Below, one piece after another: positions 40,900 through 53,522 of a stretch of 64,000 nucleotides of DNA. How positions within the stretch are numbered: position 1 is the first letter of the stretch; each line of letters opens with the position of its first letter. The DNA lies in assembly GCF_009914755.1 (NCBI RefSeq), contig NC_060931.1; one strand, given 5' to 3'. The notes under the pieces were generated by a model. It was not told the DNA's origin, made no database searches, and was given only the letters and a program-made list of their open reading frames with translations. The position numbers were made by a program, and so were the translations under genes. Source of the stretch: the human T2T-CHM13v2.0 reference genome, Homo sapiens.

Positions 40900-43230
40900 A
40901 CATTGACTATCATTGAATCACAAAGTGAATACAAATTTTTAATGCATTGTTTCATTAAATGAAACTCCCCTTCCCGCACCAACACATCTGCTCTGATGTA
41001 AGTGACCTAAAAAGACATAAATAGGTTTTAAAGCAGATATAAGATAAATGCAATATATGTAGTGTGAGCTTAGGGAAAGATAAAAGGGAAAATATCTTTT
41101 ATCTGAGAATTATATACCACACTAGAAACAGGAAAAATGAAGAATAGATATTTTCAAAATTTACTCAAATAGATGGTGTATAAGAAAAAAATTGAGCAAA
41201 ACAAAATGGAAAAGAATAAATAAATAACAAGGGTAGAACAATATTTATAGTTGTTTGAAGACAGACAAAGCTGACCTAACATGTTACCATGTATATTTTA
41301 TCCAGTTCTCCAATTTTGTTTTTATTGCTGGAAGGTTAGTTTGGTCAGAGTTATTTCACCATATCAGCAAGTATAATTTTCCAAACTCACACCCCTTACT
41401 TTTTGTATCTTATTTTTTATCCTATTATTACATATTTTATAATATTATATATTCCATACTGAATTACACAGTAAATAAAAAATAAAATATGAACACAACA
41501 ATTTCATAGAAATGGTGAGGATTTTTTTTTAATTGAAGCAGAAGTTCATGACTTGAAAATAGAATGATGCAGTAAAGAAATAAACTCAAGAACTCATTTT
41601 ATAGAAAAAGTGAAAACAATTTGCAACATTAAAATAATTAATCAGAACCTCAATCCAGATTAAGAAGGAAGAGAGAACAAATACTAAAATTGGAAGGCAA
41701 TGAAAATATAATCACAGATATTGATCAAGTAATTAGATAAGATCATTTTCTTAATTTTACACAAATATATTGGAAACCCTGGATTATATGATTTTTTCCA
41801 TATGAAAATATAAGTGACCAAAATGACAAGAGTTATCAAATCTCAGTATCTTATTAATGCAGAAAAAGATGTTGAAGATATAAAATTCTGAATGTTCTCC
41901 TCTCAACAAACAGACAAATCAGCAGGCATGAACATTTTCAAGAAAAATGTATCAAGACATGAAAGTACTGGTAACTCAATGCTATTTAAAGTTTTCCTCT
42001 TCTAATTCTAGCTATGACAAGTTAATTTGTATCAGGCCATCCCACCTGGCAAGAACAATTATGAAACCAGGATAAAATTAATTAAAAATAAGTAGCTATT
42101 TAAGGGCTTCTGATAGCAATCAAAGCATCCAGAACTTGAGTGTGTAAGCTCCCAGAAAGAAGAGAAACACATTGAAGTGATTTCAACATTCTCCACAACC
42201 TTTCATTTGGATACATTTGCTGAGCAGATAGCTAAGAAGAAAATGGTAGCTCAGAGATGTTAGAAATCTGATAGGCCTGCATAGACAACAGTTGGAATTC
42301 ATGACTATCATGGTGGCCAGGGCTTGATAAAGGGCCAGTAGAAACAAAGCAATTTCTTTTTGTTTTTCCTTCACAGCATTTTCTGATTCTTTAGTTGCAG
42401 AAGGTGAGCAACTAAGAAGCTTAGCATAAAATGGAGCTACCCGATTAAAAGGAAGTTAAGCAGACCCCTCAGCAAAAGGATAGACAAAGTTGGAGTTCAA
42501 CAAGGAACAGAGGACCTAGAAATCTCCCTAGGCATTGAGACCCCTAAAACGCTAATCCCTAGCTGAAAAGGCAAACTAGAAATGCACCAGCTGCCACAAA
42601 AACTGAAATCTAGCCTCAAGGCATTTCAGTCTGATTGGACCAAGAGGGTCTACCTCTAAGCCAGCAGAAAACTACAACTTCTTTGGAGGAAGATCCCATC
42701 TAAATATTTTTTCTCTTAGGTCAATGTCTGGCTTTTGATCATAAATAACCAGGCATATCAGTCAGCAGGGCTAAATGATGCATGCACACACATGCAGGTG
42801 CACACACAGAGTAAGAGTGACAGTGAGAGGGAGAGGAGAAACCTATAGCTTTAAATGTTTCCATGTACAGAAAATAAAAATACTTCCAAATATATTTATG
42901 AATAAATATTGTATTTATACTAAACTTGACCAAGCTGAACATACGTGTTCTCTGCCCATCCCTTTCCCTTCATCTCTCTCATATACACTACACACAATAA
43001 AATACAGGCCTATTCCACTAATAAATATTACTGCAAATATTCTAAAGCTGTACTTTACAATTAAAAGTTGCAATCCCATTAAAATCATACTTCATAATCA
43101 AGTAGTGTTCATGTTAGTAAGCAAGAATGGATGACTATTAGGAAATAGTTTACTATAATTTATCATGTTAATAGAAAAACAATAATCTCCAGAAACTTCA
43201 ACATATATTACCAATTAAATAATATTAACA
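40900..43230 (+). mobile_element. Decayed L1M/L1ME ORF2 remnants with an intervening L1ME-type 5' UTR fragment (~41995-42790)
   Basis: ORF 42775-43134 contains KYRPIPLINITANILK...IKIILHNQVVF, a degenerate L1 RT motif (YRPISLMNIDAKIL...IIHHDQVGF). Confidence 0.6.
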
Positions 43231-43236
43231 GAATAG

Positions 43237-43588
43237 TATTATAATGAGATAGATGTAATTTAACCCAAAATTCAGAATTTATGTGATGGTGTTTGGGTAC
43301 AGGGCCTTTGGGAAGTAACAAGGTTTAGATGATGTCATGAGGGCAGGGTTCTCATGATGGAATTAGTTCCCTTATAACATAGACACCAGAGAGCTTGCTC
43401 TCTTTCCCTGCAATGTGAGGACAGAGTGAGAGAACTTGACTGTCTGCAAGAGAACGCTCACCAGACAGCAAACATTCACAGATCCTGATCTTGGACTTCC
43501 CAGCCTCCAGATGTGTAAGAAAATACATTTCTGTTTAAACCACTCAGTCTGTGGTATTTTGTGATGGCAGTTCGAGCAGACTAAGACA
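43237..43588 (+). mobile_element. MLT1A-type MaLR LTR
   Basis: GATCTTGGACTTCCCAGCCTCCAGA...GAGCAGACTAAGACA. Confidence 0.87.
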
Positions 43589-44164
43589 AATAATGACACC
43601 ATTCATGATTGTTCCCATCTACCAGTCACCAAAACAAGTTCTAACAAGATTAAAAAATAAATTCCCCCAAAAGGTAAACTAAAGCCTAAAAATTAGAATA
43701 AATTGTAAATAAAGATTAAAAATATAACTGGAGGCAATCAAAAATACATATATCCTAAGGAGATTGTTAAAGCTATATGAAAAATGTATGCTAAAAATCT
43801 CATTGGAGCACTATTCATAAATCTAAATAATTGAAAACAATAACTGGGCTATGGTTATGTTGATTATGGTAAATTCATATATATTAACATAATGTAATTT
43901 GTAAATGTTTATAAAGCATTCTTGTATATTAGCAAAACAATTTGAAGTGTCAAATTAAAAATCTTGAATACAAAATTACATGTAAGTTATAATTCCAAGT
44001 ATGTTTGAAAAATTACATACTGAAATAATGGAAGTAAATGCAACAAACTATTCATAGTAGAATTTTATTTTACAGCAACTCAAAATAATGAAACAAATCC
44101 TCTGGCTTACAACTTCAACTAGGTATTGTGATTTTCTTACTATTCCATTTAGTAGGATATAGGT

Positions 44165-44273
44165 AGCATGGTTGTATTCTCAGTTTGTCAGTGTTCTCCT
44201 GGCGTCATTATTAACAGTGTCCCTATCACTTTCACAAGTTTCCTAGTTTGCAGAATAAATTATATGGTTATCT
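44165..44273 (-). mobile_element. MER94-like hAT fossil
   Basis: ATTATTAACAGTGTCCCTATCACTTTCAC...ATAAATTATATGGTTATCT. Confidence 0.6.
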
Positions 44274-44621
44274 GAGATATGGGAAACCTAATTTTCTTCC
44301 TTCTTCCCCAGTAATAATCTATACAATTCTGGACAGCTCACCTATCCATAAAACAATTTGATCTGTACCTTAAAATAGATATATCTCTGCTAGTTAACTT
44401 CATAGAAATATTGTAAGGATGAGTGAGGAGATGCTTGGAAAATACTTTGAGCTCATCAGAGAAAAGTGCTATGATATTGCCACTAATAAATTTATTTACT
44501 AGCTTGCTGAGTAGAAAGTCAAGGGAAATCAAGATTTTGTGGGTATCAGCGACAAAATCAAATCAATCATCCATGTTCTGGCAGCCCATTTTATATAAGT
44601 TCCCCAGAGTACAGTAGCTAG

Positions 44622-44687
44622 TGAACATAGAACTTCTCCAAAAAAAAATATATATATATGAACATAGAACTTCTCCATATATATATA
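44622..44687. repeat. Direct repeat of TGAACATAGAACTTCTCCA (19 bp, period 37) with A/(TA)n tracts
   Basis: Copies at 44622-44640 and 44659-44677. Confidence 0.95.
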
Positions 44688-45346
44688 CAAAATTAGAAAA
44701 ATTAGAGACACATAGGCTAAATTTTGACTCTATATAGGCTATTCAGTTAGCAGTTATGAGTAAATGTATTGAACTTCTCTTTCTTGGTGAAAATATTGTG
44801 TTCCATCAAGCACTAACCATATGGAATGTTTGGAAGTTGAACAAAGACTGTTCATTAAGCTTGAAAGGGACAGATCTGAGCCAGCCAGCACTTTGTAACC
44901 TGGCAGTCAGGCCTCAAAATCAAGCCTATTATTTTAGTAGGCCAATTAAGTTTTTTAGAAACTCAGTGGAAAGGTGGCATCTTCACACATTTTCAGCACC
45001 TTATAAATTAGGTACTTTTGCCTGGTACTAAAATATCCTTCTTGAACTTAAAAATCAAAATCAATAAATCAATCTACTTCTCAGGCAACAAAGAAGCAGA
45101 TGAAAGGCAACAATGAGGCAGATTAAACTTCTAGCAATGAATCCGAAATATACAGGAGCCTTAGTTTGATTAAGATGACAAAAAAACACCTGGAGGAAGG
45201 GCACTCAAGTCTGGCTCATGGTCTATTTGTTCTTCCTAAAATCTACATCCCTTGCATCAACTACAGTACTATAGTCGATGATTTGAAGTTGAAGCATAAT
45301 ATCTTATTCTTTCTGACATTGCAAGTATATAACAGATCACAAAGTT

Positions 45347-45579
45347 TTTTTTTTTCTTTTTTTCTGAGACGGAGTCTCGCTCTGTCACCCAGGCTGGAAT
45401 GCAGTGGCACGATCGTCACTGCAAGCTCCACCTCCCATCTTCACGCCATTCTCCTGCCTCAGCCTCCTGAGTAGCTGGGACTACGGGCGCCTGCCACCAC
45501 GCCCGGCTAATTTTTTCTATTTTTCAGTACAGACGGGGTTTCACCGTGTTAGCCAGGATGGTCGCGATCTCCTGACCTC
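45347..45579 (-). mobile_element. AluY, 5'-truncated
   Basis: GCAAGCTCC, TTCACGCCATTCTCC and GTTAGCCAGGATGG Y diagnostics; TSD ATCACAAAGTT 45336-45346 and 45581-45591. Confidence 0.93.
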
Positions 45580-48336
45580 CATCACAAAGTTGATTATCTT
45601 TTCACTTGTCAAGTTCTTACACTGTCTATCTAAAATTCGTATCTTGATCTTTCATGTCTGTCTTCAATAACAAATCATCTCTCTTCCCACTCTCTTTCAA
45701 TTTGATCTCTTTCTCTTTGCTTTATTCTCGAGGAGAAAAAGGTGTATCTGTATTATTTTCTTCTTTGTCCGAATTAAACATCTGTTCTTGGAGAGTGGTG
45801 AGCAGTTCTTTATGCAAAGGAGAACTAGTTACTTAGTTTTGTACCATTTACAAAAAAAGTAAGAAAATGCTGAAAACCAGTGTCTTAAAATATTCATTTT
45901 ATTCAATTTTATTTTAATTGGGGCACAGATATAAGGGAATATTTTTAGTTGAATAAGGAATAAAAATATTTGGTTATAAATCCTCAAGAATATTTATATC
46001 TTAAAATTGTTTTTATATTTCTGTTTCTATGACATTCAGATGGGCAAAATTTTTTCTAGAATTTAGACAGATTTACAAATAATTGCATAAACATGTCTAG
46101 AAATTGAAAAATTAAAAGAAAAATACAACGAGAAAGTCAATTGAACTTGAAAAATACCCTAATTGTGAAAACCAAACTTTCATAATATTATTTTAATGTT
46201 TTCTGATTTGCATTTTGGGAATTCTTGCCTTCACTGTGTTTTTTTCCTTAGATTTTCTCTACATACTGTTCACAAAATTCAGTTAAAAACTATTTTAGAG
46301 ATTGTCTAGGGAAAGGGCTGCATGCTCAGTCATTGACTGTTACTTACATTGGTACAATTACGGGTATTAAATTTGAGTTCATTGGATTTATGCTTCTCCC
46401 CACACAGGCTGACTATTGGTAGCTGTTGCTGCTTGGAATACATATTGGCTTAATTAATCAGTACTATTTGGAATTCTGTGACAATGCAAACTAATTATGA
46501 ACTTTCCCTGATACGAGACAATTTTGGCTCCTGATTATTTGCTTTTCCCTACTTTTATATAACAGCAATCTCATGAAATCGAGCATTAGGCCAGCATGTT
46601 ATTGATTTGCACATTAGGCAATTTGCACCTCTGAATTGCTTTCCTTTCTGATATCCTCAGATGCAAAATATTGAAAAAGAGCATGCAGTCAGACCTTTAT
46701 TTGATTGTTTGATAATTGTTTTTCCTCTCTGTTTCCATTAGCATTATTTGTGGAAGACCATAGCAGTGGGAGTTCTTGTCACAGAAATCTTGTGACCTCT
46801 GTGTTTGGTAGCTATAGACTGCAATGAGTTTATCTCTTCATAGGGAAAATTGAGAAGAGATTATTGCTACCCACTACCCAAGCTCTGGTTTTCTTTACAA
46901 AGCTTCTGCATAAATCACAACTACATAGCTTCAATGACGGACCTAACTCTTGCTTGGAAGTGTGGCAGCAGAGTTGATGGTCGTGGATTTAAGCTACAGT
47001 CTCATCACTAGTTTATTTATAGTAAACACTCTGGGGGTGACTTTTAGTGCTAGATTCTGTGCTAGACTCTGGTGTTGAAATATGTGTCAGCTATGGCCTC
47101 AGCTCTCAAGGGATTAGTTGTGTTTGTGTGTATTGTGTGTTTTGAGGGAGGTGTTAGGTGTTGGTTGAAAGAATGAGGAAGGGGAGCAAGATTTGAGGAG
47201 AAAACAAACATGCACACGTACATGGTTTCATTGAATAATCTGCACTTCTGAATTGTCAATACATCCATCTGATTCAGTCATAATTGAATTAGAATCATCC
47301 AGAGCAGCAGTGGAAAACATTGAATATTTTTTTTCACACTGAAGCCAGAACTCTTGGGTACCATAACCCAGCAATATTGTTTGCTGGCTGTCACTTAAAC
47401 TCACAAAACACCTCTGTTTTATCATCTATAATAAATACAGATACAATATTCTGTTTTATATATATGTATATATCTTGCAAAATTATTGTGATGATGAAAA
47501 ATGAAATGTAATACACACTGAATAATGCATAGTAGATGGCAAGCACTAAATAAATGGCTATGTAAGCAGTGATTACTCTCTTTGTTATCTTCATTATTAC
47601 AATTTCTACATAGGTTTTATTTCAGTGATTTTTATAGTAATGATTTTGCTTATTTTATAAAAATAATTCATGCCAAAGAGTACAAAGAAAACAAAATAAA
47701 TCACCCTAAATTTTCAGAAACAACCAATGTTAACAGTTGGTAGAATTCATTTGGGTGGTTTTTTTTTTGTTTCTTCTTTGCACTTTTTGCTATTTTTCAA
47801 GTTTAAAAGGAATAAGCACATACAATTATTATAATAGCTGTAAAATAGTTATATGTGTTTCAAATTTCATACTCCAAAAAGTTTGGATATAGATGGAAGA
47901 TACATAACTATATGTATAGTGAGAGAGGGAGAACTAGCAGAATAGATAAAAAATAATTTTATAATAAAATAATACTATATCTGCTTTTTTAATTGGAAGT
48001 ATTAAATTTATCTATGTGACTGCATTATTTCCTAAAAGGTCACATTTTAAAAAAAAATTTAAAAACATTTGAACATTGAGTCATTCTAATTTATTTCTTA
48101 AATTTTAATATATGTATATCTATGAATAATTTATGCATAAACATATATATGTAATGTCAAATCCTAAGAAAATGTATACACCTTAAAGAATTATCACAAA
48201 ACAAATACCTCCACAACTACCACTCAGAATAACATTTTTTTTTGCAAAATAGATTACTACTCCTTCATTTGTCTTCAAAGATACCCACTATTTGGAGTTT
48301 ACTTTTCTTAATGTTTTGATATTTATATACCTACTC

Positions 48337-49112
48337 TGTGGTAGCCCAATAATGCCTCTGAAAGGCATGTCCATGTCTTAATCCATGGAGCCTGACCTTA
48401 TTTGAAGTAAGGCATTTGCAGATGTATTTAAGACATTTGAGGCCGGGCACAGTGGCTTATGTCTGTAATCCCAGCACTTTGAAAGGCCAAGGCAGGTGGA
48501 TTCACCTGAGGTCAGGAGTTTGAGACCAGCCTGGCCAACATGGTGAAAAGCCCATATCTACCAAAAATACAAAAGTTAGCTGGGTGTGGTGGTGGTGGCG
48601 CCTGTAATCCCAGCTACTCGAGAGCCTGAGGCAGGGAGAATCACTTGAACACAGGAGGCAGAGTTGCAGTAAGCCAAGATCGCGCCATTGCACTCCAGCC
48701 TGGGTGGCAGAGCAAGACTCTGTACCAAGAAAAAAAAAAAAAGAAAGAAAGAAAAAAGAAATTTGAGAATTCATCCTGAGTTATCCGAGTGAGCCCTAAA
48801 TGCCATCACAAGTGTCCTTGTAGAAAGAGACAGAGGGAGCAGAAGGCAATGGGACAACAGAAATGGAGAAGTTTGAAGATGCTGTGATGCTGGCTTTGAA
48901 AATAGAGGAAAGCCCACAGGATGGAAGAGGCCATGAATGGATTATCTTTTTGAGTCTCCTTTGAGAATATAGCCCTTCTGCCATCTTGACTTTAGGTCAG
49001 TGAAACGAATGTTGTACTTCTGGTCTCTCTAACTGAGAGAGAATAAATTTATCTTGTTTAAAATCACTAAGTTTGTGATAAGTTGTTACAACAGCCCCAG
49101 GAAACAAATACA
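48337..49112 (+). mobile_element. MLT1C/D-type MaLR LTR split by Alu, lying within L1ME remnants
   Basis: TGTGGTAG...GGAAACAAATACA; TSD TACTC/CACTC. Confidence 0.85.
48441..48755 (+). mobile_element. Alu (AluSx-like)
   Basis: Full dimer; TSD AAGACATTTGA / AAGAAATTTGA. Confidence 0.95.
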
Positions 49113-49920
49113 CACTCATTTATTTTCTTTTATTGCTTAACATTATGCATTGTGAGATTGACCTATGTTGTTACATGTAGTTCTAATTTGTTCATTTTCA
49201 TTGCTGAAGAATATTCAATATGCAATTTTAAAAATTTGTCTTTTTTTAAACAAATAATGCTGCTATGAACATCCTTGCTTGTATCTTGTGGTACAAATAT
49301 GTAAGTGGGTAGCTGCATCCATTTACTTTTTCTCCAACAGTCTATGAGAATTCCCCTTGTTCTGTGTCTTCATTTGTAATCATTATTGTTAGTTTTTTAA
49401 TGTTAGACAAACTAGTATGTGTAGAATGGTATGTCATTACAGTTTCAATTTAAATTTCTCTAAAAAATAATGAGCCATTTTCATCAGGACTGAGCCTAGG
49501 GTGAAGCAAGAGAGGCATCTAGGGTACACAATTTAAGGATGTGTTTATTCCCTTTCCTTTCTGTCCTTGTTTGTGATGAATTATTTCTACTTTGTCAAAC
49601 AAAAAGTGTAATAGATATACAATTGATTTTTGCTTTTTGTGCATTTGTTATAAATCCAGTCACCTTACCAAACTGGCTTTTATTTCTAATTGTTTGTAGA
49701 TAGTTTTTGACATTTGTACATAGCCATGCCATCTCCAAAATAGCATTTACCTTTCCTTTTCAATATTTACAAATTTAACTTCTTTTAATTGCCTTGTCAC
49801 ACTAGCTGGGGCCACTATAAATCTTTTATACTTGTTTTGATGTCTATAGAAACTGTAGTGATGTCCTCTCTTTTATTAATTTCTCACACTGGTAATTTCT
49901 GGTCTTTCTTTCTGTCTCAC
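49113..49920 (-). mobile_element. L1ME remnants, with a short MER96-like fragment at ~49485-49550
   Basis: ATAATGCTGCTATGAACATCCTTG; CCTAGGGTGAAGCAAGAGAGGCATCTAGGG. Confidence 0.6.
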
Positions 49921-50006
49921 TGTTTATCTTTCTGTCACTCTCTTCCCCTCTTTCTCCGTGTGTATGTATGTGTGTGTGTGTGTCTGTATAAAAGAATTTA
50001 AATATA

Positions 50007-50328
50007 CGGATAGTCCTTGACTTAATGATGGTTTGACTTACAATTTTTCGACTTTACAATATTGCAAAACAATCACAATTTCAACATAACGTACCATATT
50101 CAATACATTACATGACAGATTCAACACTTTCTGATAAAGTAGGCTTTCTGTTAGATAATTTTGCCCAACTGTAGGCTAATGTTAGTGCACTGAGCATGTT
50201 TAAGGTAGGCTAGGCTAAGCGATGATGCTTGGCAGGTTGGGTATATTAAATGCATTTTCTACTTATGATATTTTCAACTATATTGGGCTTATCAGGATGT
50301 AACCCTATCATAAGTTGAGGAACATCTG
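50007..50328 (-). mobile_element. MER47A (Tigger-derived MITE)
   Basis: TA-flanked; TIRs CGGATAGTCCTTGACTTA / TAAGTTGAGGAACATCTG; AAGGTAGGCTAGGCTAAGC. Confidence 0.88.
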
Positions 50329-50414
50329 TACTATAATTATGCAATTATAAAGAGATTCATTATTTTTTCCAGGCAAAACTTTTTTTATTGTTGATTTTTC
50401 TCTTATATGTCTGC

Positions 50415-51080
50415 TGAATTAGTCAGTTTTCAAATTACTATAAAGATACTACCTGAGACTGGGTAATTTATAAATAAAAATGATTTACTTGATTCACAGT
50501 TCTGCATGGCTTGGGAGGCCTCAGGAAACATACAATCATGACAAAAGGTAAAGGAGAAGCAAGGCACATCTTACATGGCAGCAAGAGAGAGAGCAGGAAA
50601 AACTGCCACTTTTTTTTTTTTTGAGACAGAGTCTTGCTGTGTAGCCCAGACTGGAGTGCAATGGTGTGATCTTGGCTCACTGCAACCTCCACCTCCCAGG
50701 TTCAAGTGATTCCCCTGTCTCAGCCTCCTGAGTAGCTGAGATTACAGGCGTGTGCCACTATACCCAGCTATTTTTTTTGTCTTTTTAGTAGAGATGGGGT
50801 TTTGCCATGTTGGCCAGCTGGTTTTGAACTCCTGATCTGAAGTGATCCACCCACCTCAGCCTCCCTAAGTGCTGGGATTACAGGTGTGAACCATTGCACT
50901 GGACAAAACTGCCACTTTTAAAACCATCAGATCTCATGACATCTCCCTCACTATCATGGGAATAGCATGGAGGAAACCACCCCCATGATCCAATTACCTC
51001 CCACCAAGTCCCTCCTTCAACACGTGGAGATTACAATTAGAGATGAGATTTGGGCAGGGACACAGTGCCAAACCACATCA
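50415..51080 (-). mobile_element. THE1D/MSTA-type MaLR LTR split by Alu
   Basis: CCTGAGACTGGGTAATTTATAAA...CAAACCACATCA. Confidence 0.9.
50614..50904 (-). mobile_element. Alu (AluS-type)
   Basis: 15-bp TSD AAAACTGCCACTTTT at 50599-50613 and 50905-50919. Confidence 0.95.
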
Positions 51081-52839
51081 TCCTCATTTTTTTCAATAAT
51101 TTCTTCATCATATCTCATCATGTATTTATTTACATGTATTTTTAAATTAAGTACTAGGCATTATATATGAAAACTGAAAGTAATTTGAGGCCCTGGAAAT
51201 GTTAACATTCTCTAGAGAGGAATTACATTTGCTCTTTGCAGTAAGCTAGGGACACTAGCAGGTTACTTTAATACATCCATAAGTGGACAGATAATCAGAC
51301 ACTAGTTTTATGTCCCTGAGTGGGCTGGTCTTTATTGAGTGTAGTCTTTGCCCCCAACTCAAAGCCTGGAGGGTACTGTGCTCCAATTCTCCCCACCACA
51401 TTCCCTTGCACACTCACACAGTTACATGCATTTGGCTGCCAAAAGTATTCCTTAGTTTTGCAATCTATTTTTTAACTTCCTAGAATCAGTAAAAATCTTG
51501 AGCTGAAAAGTGATTCTCAATGCCAAGCTCATCTCTTGGATCTGGGCTTTGCAATTTTCCATTGCTTTGTTAACACTTAGTGTCTCGAAGAAAATTTTGT
51601 TGTTGTGTTCCATGGGAGAGTTGATATCAATTACAAATCTGCAGTTACTGGTAGAAGTTCCTGTGGTTTCTATTTTACCTTCAGATTTTACTTTTAGACT
51701 GCTCCAGTCTACATCTTTTTATAAGAGATCATGTGAGGACAGTTTTTTTTTTTTAATTCTCTTCTGCAACCTCTGGAGTTTTGTAACTTGCATTATTCTT
51801 GTTTTACCAAAATTTATGCCTTTTATTCTATAGTCTGCAAGAAGTTTTCTTTAGTTGCTTAATCTATGTGCTGTATTTATAGGACTTATTGTTCATCTGT
51901 CATTTCATAAAATGTCTCTTTTTACTTTCTCCTTATTTTGGCTCATTCTTTGGCTAGATTTTTGGGGTGATGTTATCTGAGATCTTTTATGTCTATTTGT
52001 TGCTTGAATGACCCTTTGGGTTTTACATAATTTTTTCAGCCATCCTTTTATTTTCATAAGAATGTCCTGGTAATATGTTTCCCCTAAAAATCTACATCCA
52101 AATCCTTCCTTAATTTAAGGAATCACTACATGATAGTGAACTTTTAGTTCTCTTTTATTCCAATTTGAGTTATCAATGTCAGTGCCAATTATTCTTATTC
52201 AAGATATCATTGCCTGCACTCTTCACATATTACCTTGTTTATAATGACTTGAATCATTTTTGTTTATTAACATACATAGCTACACTCCCCCCAGAGGAAT
52301 AGGGAACTCACATATGCAAAAGAAAATCCATGGGAACACCCACAAGACAATTTATCCATCATCCAGTATTACTGAGTAAAGGCTCTTGGAATAAGAGTTT
52401 TCAACACATAGAATATGAAAAACTATAATATGCATACAAAATGTGAGAGGACTTGGACATTTAAAAAAGGACTTCTAGTTGAAAATTAATGTGTAGACAA
52501 ACTAACAGAAAAGATATAGGTGGAATTGATGAGCATAAAATTATTAAATAACAACAAAAAATAGGAGTACATGATAAATATTTTCAAAGTATGATATCTG
52601 AAAAGGCTAATACAATACATTTTTGACAATTTCCAAGAAAAGTAGAAAGAAGGAAGAAAATTTTTAAAATAAAGATACTACACCTACAGATATGAAGAAA
52701 TTTTAAAACCTCAAGCTGTAGTCATTAAATATGATTAATATCTGAATTTTAAATGCATGCACTCTTTGACTCACCCTTTGACTCTATTGTTACCATCTCT
52801 AGCAGATGCTCAGTGGTCTGATAGGATCAGTAACAACAC

Positions 52840-53074
52840 AGCACCATTGCCAAGCCACATGGAAGCATGAAGCAAAAGAAAACCTCAGTAATATTGATTT
52901 TGTTTTTATTTAAAATGTTAATATATTGTTCATCATGGATTTCCTGCATTAATTTTGATTTAATAAAATATTACATTACCATTTACCTTGATTACTGAGT
53001 TTATTTGACATCAATTTAGGTTCCTCACCTGAGGCAGCAAGGGCTTCAGGTTCTTCACTCTGAGTCAGGACCTG
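52840..53074 (+). mobile_element. MER96B-like hAT fossil, 3' part
   Basis: GCAAAAGAAAACCTCAGTAATATTGA...TTGTTCATCATGGATTT...TTGATTACTGAGTTT. Confidence 0.7.
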
Positions 53075-53309
53075 CACAAGACCTAAAAATTTTACATTTA
53101 TGTCCACTTAGGCAGTTGAGGTCTTGCCTTCTAAGTTTCTCTATAGCTCACTACAAAGAAATGGTGTTGATGTAGGGAGAGGGCTACACTCTTGTAGTGC
53201 TAGTTCCAGGAAGATGCCCATGTGCCCCTGATAGCACTACAGAGTTTAGCAATTTCTGCCTTCACTGCTTATTTTACTTTTTCTCTTCCTCAGTTTGTTT
53301 CCCTTCCAC

Positions 53310-53522
53310 AGAGCCAGGTCATGGGCACTGGAACTAGACGAATAAGGATTGAAAACCCACTTATGTAACCTTGAATGAGTTATTTTACTTGTCTGAGTCT
53401 CAATTTTCTTATATATTAAGTGAGGATAATTTTTAATTTATAAGATTCTTGTATAAATAAATATGTACAGAAAGTCCATCACACACCTAGTCCATGGCAT
53501 GGACTTAATAAATGTCATTTAT
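53310..53522 (+). mobile_element. MIR
   Basis: TATGTAACCTTGAATGAGTTATTTTACTTGTCTGAGTCTCAATTTTCTTA. Confidence 0.75.
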
